Positions 1 through 9,908 of a stretch of DNA of 64,000 nt are shown one piece after another. Below the pieces are notes generated by a model. That model searched no databases, was not told the DNA's origin, and saw nothing but the letters and a program-made list of their open reading frames with translations. A program made the position numbers and the translations under genes. Position 1 is the stretch's first letter. The number at the start of each line of letters is the position of its first letter. Origin of the DNA: Ignisphaera sp. (lineage in GTDB: Archaea > Thermoproteota > Thermoprotei_A > Sulfolobales > Ignisphaeraceae); contig JAWAHS010000003.1 of the NCBI GenBank assembly GCA_038889075.1, positions 137,919-201,918 on the forward strand, in the 5' to 3' direction.

Positions 1-2
1 GC

Positions 3-101
3 ATACTCTACAAAGAACTAATGGACTCTGTAGAGAATGCTGCAGATAAGTGCGAAGATGTTGCAGATATACTTAGAAGTTTGGCTCTTTTAATGATATA
101 G
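3..101 (+). CDS. 3' end of DUF47/PhoU-like phosphate transport regulator (partial)
   Basis: Manual translation ILYKELMDSVENAADKCEDVADILRSLALLMI*; E-x-x-x-D-K-C-E-D-V-A-D pattern typical of DUF47 C-terminus. Confidence 0.65.
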   Translation: MLYKELMDSVENAADKCEDVADILRSLALLMI

Positions 102-248
102 CTTTAACTAATAACCAACGTACACAAGTACATAGAATTGTATTGCAAAATATTAGATTAATTATTGAATTAAAAATTAATGATTATGCATTTAAAAAAT
201 AAAGTCGGTAAATAGGTGTGCCAGTCTTTTCAATTACTTCAGATTTCC

Positions 249-1412
249 TCATGCTTCTATTAAATTACCAATAAGTGTCTTTAAGAATGATATTCTTTTA
301 TATATTGGTGGATGAGTTGAGAGCACCTCTTCTAATCCTATAAAAGGCTCTGAAAGCGCATATATGAATAAAGTCTTTATTTTGCTGTCTTCGATCCATC
401 TCCTTACACCATAACTTCTGTAAAATCTATCCAACGATTCCAGCGCTCCTATCATGGCATATGGTGACGTCACCTTAGCTCCATGTGCATCTGCATAATA
501 CTCCCTTAATCTAGATAGTGCTAAAACTGCAAGCTGAAGCAGTATACTTACTACTATGAGTATTATACCGATTATGAATAGAATAAGTCCACCTGATCCC
601 TCCCTTCGTCTGTTACTACCATCAATATAGCTTGACATCATTCCAGCAAACATCATGAATCTTCCAAGGAAATATATAACTGATGGAAATAGCCCAAAGA
701 TCATAATTATAGCGTTATCTCTGTGTTTATGGTGCCCAAGTTCATGACCTATTATAGCTTCCAATTCCTCTCTACTTCTCACACTTTTTAGTAAACCGCT
801 TGTTACTGCAACATATCTCCCCATAATAGGAGACGAATATGCAAATGCATTTGGAATCGGCAGTTCAGAGATCATAGCCTTTGGAGGCTCTATGCCAGCT
901 CTTTTAGAAACTACATCAACTATTTTTTGAAGCTCTGGGTCGTGTTTACATCTATATGAGAAGTTTATTATTGCTGGTGATGTAAGCCATGATATAGATG
1001 ACGGCACTATTGCAAAGAGTACGGCCAGAATTCCCATGTATAATAACATAGATGGTGATATAATAGAACCAATCAGCAGTATTATAAGTATGGTCGCTGC
1101 TATAATTGCTGCTGCTGCTGAAAACATAGATGATCTTAGATGGTCAAGACCAGCAGGAACCCTGCTTCTAATAATCTTTTCAAAACTTATGCCAGCTGTT
1201 ATTAGCGTCACCATCGCGAGGGTATATGCCGCTATATCGATGAGCCACCAATTCCAGAAAAATGGAAAGAGCCCAGCTTCTCTTCCTAGTCCAGGTAGTA
1301 GTACGGATAACAACAGCTGTATGATAGTGAGAGTCACTAGAGCTATAGCTATAAGACTCAATACAATCAGTATCTTGCTACGCATCATTCTACCCTCGTA
1401 CCTAAGATACAA
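249..1412 (-). CDS. htpX: HtpX-like M48 membrane zinc metalloprotease
   Basis: PNAFA, HELGH zinc motif, SRLREYYAD, THPP..KRI; several TM helices. Confidence 0.9.
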   Translation of the reverse strand: MYLRYEGRMMRSKILIVLSLIAIALVTLTIIQLLLSVLLPGLGREAGLFPFFWNWWLIDIAAYTLAMVTLITAGISFEKIIRSRVPAGLDHLRSSMFSAAAAIIAATILIILLIGSIISPSMLLYMGILAVLFAIVPSSISWLTSPAIINFSYRCKHDPELQKIVDVVSKRAGIEPPKAMISELPIPNAFAYSSPIMGRYVAVTSGLLKSVRSREELEAIIGHELGHHKHRDNAIIMIFGLFPSVIYFLGRFMMFAGMMSSYIDGSNRRREGSGGLILFIIGIILIVVSILLQLAVLALSRLREYYADAHGAKVTSPYAMIGALESLDRFYRSYGVRRWIEDSKIKTLFIYALSEPFIGLEEVLSTHPPIYKRISFLKTLIGNLIEA

Positions 1413-1528
1413 TTCGTTCAGTGCTTATTAGCTTTTGTAAGCTTGCAACTATCTGTAGCGTCATGCGATTTAAATATAGGTTCTTTTATACTAAAGTGAG
1501 AATAGAACTAAACTTAAGAACTCACTAG

Positions 1529-1810
1529 GTGAAAATATTTATGAGTTTAAGGTGTCTGCAAGACTACATAAGAAAAGAGTATCTAAGTAGAGATAGCTCC
1601 AGAGGACTACATGCAACATTTACATGGCTGGTTGAGGAGGTAGGTGAACTTGCGAATGCGATCTTAAGCAACGATAGAGATAATATTGAAGAAGAGATAG
1701 CCGATGTTATTGCATGGACTCTTAGTGTCGCAAATCTTCTTGACATAGATGTTGTAAAGGCCTTTATTAAAAAGTATGGAGGATCGAAAATCTGCATTGA
1801 AGATAAGTAA
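1529..1810 (+). CDS. MazG-like nucleotide pyrophosphohydrolase
   Basis: LVEEVGELANAI...EEEIADV motif. Confidence 0.85.
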   Translation: MKIFMSLRCLQDYIRKEYLSRDSSRGLHATFTWLVEEVGELANAILSNDRDNIEEEIADVIAWTLSVANLLDIDVVKAFIKKYGGSKICIEDK

Positions 1811-1827
1811 ATATGGAGACATGTTTC

Positions 1828-2757
1828 TCATCTACTTCTACTTCGTAGCCTCCTTAGCAATTCTCTATGTGTCTTAGGTGAAGAATCGGGTCTCCTAGGC
1901 TCTATTACAAGATACTGTACTCCGCTCACAAACCTTCGTATATCACCTTTAATATCATTTATTACCTGCTCTACCTCTGCTAGGCTAAGCTCTGGTTCTA
2001 TCTCAACCTCCATAAAAACAGCATATTTCTGTGGTTCTATCATCAGCGTTTTCACAGTATTAACGTCTCTTATTGCAGGATTTGAAAGTGTTATCTTTAC
2101 AATTCTTGCTATAATCTCTGGTGAAGCCGCTCTATGGACTAGTACATCTATATTTTCCTTAGCTAGCTTAACCATGTATATGGCTAGCATCGTATTCAAA
2201 ATCATTGATGATATTCCATCGATTACATTGCTCCACCTTGATAAAAAAAGTGTTGCCAAAGCTATACCCTCTCCCGTAATATCGTATATGTTCTCTACAA
2301 ATACCGCTTTAAGTAATGGATTTGAATATCCAGCCTCATCTAGGTAGATCTTTGCATCCTTAAATGCGAGTACTGCAGATGTAAGGTCAAATATTATTGC
2401 TATGGATATCAATAGAATTCCGAGCGAAATATTCTCTATGATCTTTGGCCTTAAAAAAGCTTGCAATCCCTCAATGAATCCTATGGTGACTATCGAACCT
2501 AGTGCAATGATAGAAAGTGCAAATCCAAAGACATATAGATACATTTTTCTACTAAATGTATAGTACTCCTCACCACTACTGAGAGCTATACGATTTCCTA
2601 TGTAAGCTAATCCGCTATTTAGAATATCGCTAAAACTTCTAAGAGCTTCGATGAAGAGTGCTGTTGACTTGGTTACTGTAGATGCAACAATTTTCAAGAT
2701 AAAGAGTAGTATATTGAGTAAGAATGATATAAAAACACTTCTAAAATTTAAATCAAT
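1828..2757 (-). CDS. Cation diffusion facilitator (CDF) family transporter; start extended upstream of ORF-track TTG 2697
   Basis: TM helices plus C-terminal dimerisation domain; in-frame upstream FRSVFISFLLNILLFILK is the typical CDF TM1; start codon uncertain. Confidence 0.8.
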   Translation of the reverse strand: MDLNFRSVFISFLLNILLFILKIVASTVTKSTALFIEALRSFSDILNSGLAYIGNRIALSSGEEYYTFSRKMYLYVFGFALSIIALGSIVTIGFIEGLQAFLRPKIIENISLGILLISIAIIFDLTSAVLAFKDAKIYLDEAGYSNPLLKAVFVENIYDITGEGIALATLFLSRWSNVIDGISSMILNTMLAIYMVKLAKENIDVLVHRAASPEIIARIVKITLSNPAIRDVNTVKTLMIEPQKYAVFMEVEIEPELSLAEVEQVINDIKGDIRRFVSGVQYLVIEPRRPDSSPKTHRELLRRLRSRSR

Positions 2758-2861
2758 TACTGACCCCTAGGATGCTATACTAAGCTATGCTTATAAGCTT
2801 AGCTAATCTAAGACTCCTCGGTAAACCTCAATCCTTTAAAAACATTTATGGATTTCATCAT

Positions 2862-3716
2862 CTAGTAAATCACAAGCCTATTTAGTAGAAATGCAAACAG
2901 CCCAAGAAAAACAGATATCTTTAGAAGTCTCGTAGCTTTAAAGGCACTATCTGGCAATAGATCTCTCGTTATGTATAGTGAAAACAGTATCGTTAGATCC
3001 ACACCTACTGCAAGTATCAAGTATATAATTGAGTAGCTAAAGAATAGATATGGAATAAAACTTAGTACAACTAATATTATAAAAACTATAACTGCGAGGA
3101 CGTAAGCTTTAAATACACCATATACTGTAGCTAAAGTTCTTATATTCATTATTTTATCGCCTTTGATATCCTCTATTCCTTTTAGAAATTCTCTACCAAC
3201 ATTGAGTAAGAATGCAAATAGCGAAGCAATTATAACATCCATATTTAACATAGACGCTGCACCTCCAAAGATTATGGATAATCCGACAAGAAATGCCACA
3301 ACTATGTTACCCAATAGTAAGACACTTTTAAGTTTGTATGAATACAGATAGACTAAGATGGCTGCACTGAGGGCTATAAATCCATTAGTATATGATAGAT
3401 AAAATGCCATCAAAATACCAACAGTAAGTAGCAGTATAGATACTCTATATGCAGTCGCTGCTGAAATTACCCCTGATGGTATAGGTCTCCAGGGTTTATT
3501 TACAGCATCTACATATCTATCAAAGTAGTCATTTACTATATTCCCACCCGCTCCAAGGCATACCCCCACTATAAATACTACAATCATATCTGAAATACGT
3601 GATCCTCCGCCTAAGATATACCCTATTATAGTACCTATACCTAGTGCAATATCATTACCTATTCTCGCTATACTTAACCACGCCTTAATTGAGTTAGCGA
3701 GTACCATCACTACCAT
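2862..3716 (-). CDS. Digeranylgeranylglyceryl phosphate synthase (UbiA family)
   Basis: NDYFDRYVDAVNKPWRPIPSG and REFLKGIEDIKGD motifs; adjacent to GGR. Confidence 0.88.
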   Translation of the reverse strand: MVVMVLANSIKAWLSIARIGNDIALGIGTIIGYILGGGSRISDMIVVFIVGVCLGAGGNIVNDYFDRYVDAVNKPWRPIPSGVISAATAYRVSILLLTVGILMAFYLSYTNGFIALSAAILVYLYSYKLKSVLLLGNIVVAFLVGLSIIFGGAASMLNMDVIIASLFAFLLNVGREFLKGIEDIKGDKIMNIRTLATVYGVFKAYVLAVIVFIILVVLSFIPYLFFSYSIIYLILAVGVDLTILFSLYITRDLLPDSAFKATRLLKISVFLGLFAFLLNRLVIY

Positions 3717-3739
3717 TACCTATTCAGCAAATAGATATT

Positions 3740-5095
3740 TTATAGACTTCTATTGATCCATTGCTTGACTTCTGAAAATAGCCTTGCATCTTCATTTCTC
3801 CACCACTCATAGTCTGCAACCTTGGTAGGGAAGTTGATGTATAATTGATACGCTTTATCCATGTATTGTTTAAGTTTATAAAGTTTGCCTATAAATGATG
3901 GTTTTCTTGCTAAAGATAACAGCACTGAAACTCTATCAATTATAGAGTGTGATAGTTCTCCTCTATAACCCATGTTATACACATCTTCTCCAGAAACAAT
4001 TTTGGATTTAAATACATAGTTGAGATCACCATTACTCATCTTCTGTAGGAACATCCGAAGAACGTCGAGCGATGCTTGTTTAGCCCCATAAATTCTATGA
4101 TACCGTGCATGATAGAGCCATAGATTTTCAGTCGATGGTTCTCCCTTTGAAAATGCTTCGACTATAGTCTTGGCAGCAATCATACCACTGATCATTGCTG
4201 ATCCTATACCACCTCCATGAACAGGATTCGCAGTAGCTGCTGCATCACCTATTACCATAAATCCGTTCCATACCATACACGGTATGGGTCTTCTAGTTGG
4301 AACTATTCCTCCTCCTCCATGTAAGACCTTGTGTATTCTATTATAAAATCTCCTTCTTATAAATCTCTCATAATTTATACTCGGATTTACCGCATTATCT
4401 TTCCACTGGATTCCCAACCCAATATTGTATACATCATTTCCCTTTGGAAAAAGCCACCAATATCCTCCCGGGGCTACCTCACTGTTTAAAAATATGTACG
4501 CATATTTCTTCTCTATATCAAAATCTCCTACAACTACTTCTCTATAGGTTACATTATAATCCTCCTTCGGAATCTGCTCTGAGACCCACCATTCCTTAGG
4601 CAGACTCCTCCTAACTACTGCTGGAACCCCACTAGCATCTATAACAATTTTAGAGTAGAATGTTATATTTTTATTATTTTTATCTCTAGCAACGATTCCT
4701 TTTACCCAAGAACCGTCGACTATAGGTTTTACAAATGTACATCCGAGGAAAGCCTCAGCACCACTACTTATAGCCATCTTATATAATCTCACACCAAAAT
4801 TTTTCCTATTTAATGCAACACCTCTACCATTAACGGTGATTATACTACTTTCATCAGGTGAGACAATCTTCACCCCATCATAAAATCCTTCTGCATCAAA
4901 TCCTATTACTGGAGTACCAAGACCCAACTCTATAAAGTGGTGTTCACCAATGGCATCACCACAGGTTTTATCACCTATCTTTTCCTCATCCTTCATTTCA
5001 ATAAATGCTGTTTTGAATCCTGCCTTTGCAACAATATATGATGCATATAACCCTGCAACCCCTCCACCAACAATAGTAACATCATATTGATGCAT
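3740..5095 (-). CDS. Digeranylgeranylglycerophospholipid reductase (geranylgeranyl reductase)
   Basis: GGGVAG FAD motif, KTCGDA, PGGYWWLFPKG, GDAA..ANPVHGGGI. Confidence 0.9.
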   Translation of the reverse strand: MHQYDVTIVGGGVAGLYASYIVAKAGFKTAFIEMKDEEKIGDKTCGDAIGEHHFIELGLGTPVIGFDAEGFYDGVKIVSPDESSIITVNGRGVALNRKNFGVRLYKMAISSGAEAFLGCTFVKPIVDGSWVKGIVARDKNNKNITFYSKIVIDASGVPAVVRRSLPKEWWVSEQIPKEDYNVTYREVVVGDFDIEKKYAYIFLNSEVAPGGYWWLFPKGNDVYNIGLGIQWKDNAVNPSINYERFIRRRFYNRIHKVLHGGGGIVPTRRPIPCMVWNGFMVIGDAAATANPVHGGGIGSAMISGMIAAKTIVEAFSKGEPSTENLWLYHARYHRIYGAKQASLDVLRMFLQKMSNGDLNYVFKSKIVSGEDVYNMGYRGELSHSIIDRVSVLLSLARKPSFIGKLYKLKQYMDKAYQLYINFPTKVADYEWWRNEDARLFSEVKQWINRSL

Positions 5096-5150
5096 GTTTC
5101 GACCCCTACTGTTTTATTTAGTAGAGAGACACTGCTTAATTTAATTTTTA

Positions 5151-5201
5151 TCAGACCTCACGAGGCATATCACCACTCAGCATATCGTGAACTTTCATCA
5201 C
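5151..5201 (-). ncRNA. C/D-box guide sRNA
   Basis: Minus strand GTGATGA-AAGTTCACGATATG-CTGA-GTGGTGA-TATGCCTCGTGAGGT-CTGA; intergenic, 51 nt. Confidence 0.85.
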
Positions 5202-5291
5202 TTTTACTATAAGCTAGACTAGGTCATGTAGCTAAAATATCTTTAATTTAAATCCGGAATGCTGTCCAATAATATGGATTATTGGTATCAG

Positions 5292-6308
5292 CTACCGTTT
5301 CTTTAAGGAACATATAAAGTACCCTTCCATGCCATGGATATGGGGCCATATCCTTATGCACTTACTTACATCCTTATTAAACTTTAAATCTCTGAATTTT
5401 GTTAGCCCTCTAAACCAAAGATTTAATGAAGGTTCTATTATTTCCATATCCTCTACATGCTCTAGAACCTTCGTTATAACGTATTCGTTTTCCTCGGGGG
5501 CAATGCTACATGTGGTATACACAATAATACCACCAGGCTTTACAAGCTTTAATGCAGAATAGAGTAGCTCGATCTCCCTTTTAACAAGTTTTGCTAATAC
5601 TTGTTGAGGAGTTTTAGTTTTCCTGTTACGATCAAACATTATAGCACCTTCTGCACTACATGGTGCATCTAATAGTATATAATCGAATTTTATATCTATT
5701 TTCTCTGGTAATCTTACAGCATTCTCAGCTAGTACTATATATGATTTGAAACCCATTCTATATAGATTAGATATCAAGGAGGCTCCTCTTCTAAGTGATA
5801 TATCATTTGCTATTACAATACCTCTATCATCTATTAAAAGCAATATATGTACAGTCTTACCACCGGGAGCGGCACACATATCTAGAATGTATGTATTTTG
5901 AGTGGGATTTAACACCAAGGGTGGTATCAGTGACGAGGAGTCTCTATATACATAGTATAGACCTTTTAGAAATTCGTGTGTAGAACCTAGTGATGGAGAT
6001 GAGGGTTGTGATACTACTTTATAACAATATCTACACCATGGAATACTGCTTAATATAAACCCGTGTTCTCTAAGTCTATGAACTAGCCGATCACAGTCTG
6101 TATATATATAATTGCATAGAATTACTGGTGAAAAGTTGAAGTGTTCAAAGGTATTCAACAACTTTTCTGTATCCGTTAATCCTAACATATCAATGTATCT
6201 CTGAACCATATATGGAAGATATCCATACTTCTTAGCTAGGGTAAATGCTTCACTTGAAATGTTCTCTATTTTCAACTCATTAACTATATCAGTGTAAGAA
6301 ATTATCAT
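5292..6308 (-). CDS. RsmB/NOP2/NSUN family RNA m5C methyltransferase
   Basis: DMCAAPGGKT, DAPCS (motif IV), TCS..PEENE (motif VI). Confidence 0.93.
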   Translation of the reverse strand: MIISYTDIVNELKIENISSEAFTLAKKYGYLPYMVQRYIDMLGLTDTEKLLNTFEHFNFSPVILCNYIYTDCDRLVHRLREHGFILSSIPWCRYCYKVVSQPSSPSLGSTHEFLKGLYYVYRDSSSLIPPLVLNPTQNTYILDMCAAPGGKTVHILLLIDDRGIVIANDISLRRGASLISNLYRMGFKSYIVLAENAVRLPEKIDIKFDYILLDAPCSAEGAIMFDRNRKTKTPQQVLAKLVKREIELLYSALKLVKPGGIIVYTTCSIAPEENEYVITKVLEHVEDMEIIEPSLNLWFRGLTKFRDLKFNKDVSKCIRIWPHIHGMEGYFICSLKKR

Positions 6309-6313
6309 GTAAT

Positions 6314-6363
6314 TCAGCCGCGGGTTCCTTGATCATCTTTTCACACCTTGTAAGCCTCATCAT
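6314..6363 (-). ncRNA. C/D-box guide sRNA
   Basis: Minus strand ATGATGA-GGCTTACAAGGT-GTGA-AAAG-ATGATCA-AGGAACCCGCGG-CTGA; two 12-nt guides. Confidence 0.88.
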
Positions 6364-6419
6364 CCTTTAATCTGCTCTTAGTATTTAATCCATCTACATA
6401 TGGATAAATGTTGGGGAGC

Positions 6420-8030
<1,611 letters not shown>

Positions 8031-8257
8031 TCACTTTAGCTCCAGTTATCCTTTACATACTTGAAGTACATAGTACTTATTTCTTTAGCAACAGAAAAAT
8101 TTTAACCTTTATACACTAAGAGATGGGTAAAAGTGTTATTACTGCATTAGATGCATAGGAAAAAGCGTGAGTTCAGTAGAAGTGGTAACACCTATTACTA
8201 TATTACATTGTTTAATATCTATGATAAATTAGGAATGGATACAATGTTAGCTACACT

Positions 8258-8293
8258 GATAATACTGTAATCCCATAGGATTACAGTATTATC
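8258..8293. repeat. Perfect 16-bp inverted repeat with 4-nt spacer
   Basis: GATAATACTGTAATCC-CATA-GGATTACAGTATTATC. Confidence 0.95.
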
Positions 8294-8349
8294 GAGGCTT
8301 CCCCCTTATTTTTCCAGAACTTTCGAAACATTACTATGGTGTTAAATTA

Positions 8350-8622
8350 ATGGATTTCAGTGTTTTACTACTATTGGGTGTATCAATGCTTGGCATAGCT
8401 ATATTGACAACATTAAATAGTATAAGGAGAGTCCCCCCACAGTTAAATGAATCTGCAGTAACGCAAAATGAATTTAGCACAATTAAAAGAGGTTATGCAT
8501 ATACAGTTGATATGGGGGACTCGCTACTTATTGTTGCTGTAATAGATAAAAACAATGGTAGTGAGATTATGCTTGCACATGAAGATTTGCTAGAGGTAAG
8601 AAATATTGCAGATAGACCTTAA
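8350..8622 (+). CDS. Hypothetical protein with N-terminal TM/signal helix
   Basis: 90-aa ORF, hydrophobic N-terminus, overlaps next ORF. Confidence 0.6.
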   Translation: MDFSVLLLLGVSMLGIAILTTLNSIRRVPPQLNESAVTQNEFSTIKRGYAYTVDMGDSLLIVAVIDKNNGSEIMLAHEDLLEVRNIADRP

Positions 8623-9355
8623 TAACAGCAAAAAACCGAATTTACTCTTCCTCAACACAACTCTAGTACTTTTCTTCTCATTAAATGCTGTATTATATCT
8701 ACTAGGTAGACTTGCATTAGATGAGTGTGGCATTATTTTTTTGATTCAGGGAATGCTAACTCTAATAGCAATGCTTCTATATCCATATAGGCGATCTTAT
8801 TCAACCTCGATCAGTAAGGCGGTGGTGGCTCTAAATATTCCTATAATAATTAACCTCTCACTATCAAATACACTGTTACTCTACCGTATGTACAATCTCA
8901 ATAGTATTCCTACAGTTTTTCTATTTAATATAGGTCTTATATTTCTCCTTCAGAGTTTTATCGCAAAGTTTAGCAATGCTGATGAAGTTTTTATATACTG
9001 CTCCGGTATCGTCTCTATAATTATTAATATATTAGGCAATCGAATTGAATTAGTTTTTACTGCATTGATTATTGTCATGCTATATTTAAGTAAAGAAATA
9101 TTATGGTACGGTGAATGTATAATTAAAATGCTTATGTTATATAGCATACTAACAGTGTTCCATAGGCTACCTCACATTATCTTCCTTACATCTTCACTTT
9201 TACTATCAAAATCTTATGGCTATTTGGAATCCATACCAGATACATATACGGGTTGCATACCATCATATGGATTTAGATCTCTTATTTACACCATCATATC
9301 CTTTACCTTAATCTCAATAGCCATCAAGTTGGGAATGGAAATCTTTGCTATCTAA
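8606..9355 (+). CDS. Hypothetical polytopic membrane protein
   Basis: 249-aa highly hydrophobic ORF, no recognised motif. Confidence 0.65.
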   Translation: MQIDLNNSKKPNLLFLNTTLVLFFSLNAVLYLLGRLALDECGIIFLIQGMLTLIAMLLYPYRRSYSTSISKAVVALNIPIIINLSLSNTLLLYRMYNLNSIPTVFLFNIGLIFLLQSFIAKFSNADEVFIYCSGIVSIIINILGNRIELVFTALIIVMLYLSKEILWYGECIIKMLMLYSILTVFHRLPHIIFLTSSLLLSKSYGYLESIPDTYTGCIPSYGFRSLIYTIISFTLISIAIKLGMEIFAI

Positions 9356-9391
9356 TTCCATAAATACATGTGTTAACAAATGCCATGTAGT

Positions 9392-9661
9392 TTAAAAATC
9401 TACTTTAAAACCTTCTTCGCGACTCCATATCACAGTTCCTTTTATATCCTCTATCATCACAACTCGGTGTATGGGTATGACTACTGTGTCGAATCCATTA
9501 GTAACATACACATAATAATTATCTACAGAATGGATGCTTTTAAATGGAATTCTTTTAAAACCACTTACATTTAGTCTATCAACTACAACTAGATAGTAGT
9601 TTTCAAGTACATTACGATATTTCCACAAAATCTTATTTATAGCATCCTTTATTCTCATCAT
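9392..9661 (-). CDS. DUF504/UPF0248 (MJ1316-like RNA-repair-associated domain) protein
   Basis: IKDAINKILW...DR...IPIHRV pattern. Confidence 0.8.
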   Translation of the reverse strand: MMRIKDAINKILWKYRNVLENYYLVVVDRLNVSGFKRIPFKSIHSVDNYYVYVTNGFDTVVIPIHRVVMIEDIKGTVIWSREEGFKVDF

Positions 9662-9908
9662 ATCACATTCAAAGGATTGTTTGAATTGCTCCAGAGCTTA
9701 AAGTGCATAAGAACTTTATTAACTTATTTATGTTAATTTTCATAGGCACACTTGTATTACAAATTATAATAAATTAGAATAGATAATTAGAGGCAGTATT
9801 CCATATACCTTAATTCTGAGTATCTGAGTAATAGGAGTAGTAAGATTAATATTGATAATTCTAGCAATATATTAAAAACCCATACTAAAATTATTTCCCT
9901 AGGTTGGG

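Noticed and set aside
2808-2861. Possible C/D sRNA on minus strand (ATGATGA at 2855-2861)
   Set aside because: No convincing D' or D box at proper spacing
5266-5285. 8-bp hairpin CCAATAAT/ATTATTGG after the methyltransferase stop
   Set aside because: Short and AT-rich; could arise by chance; terminator role unsupported
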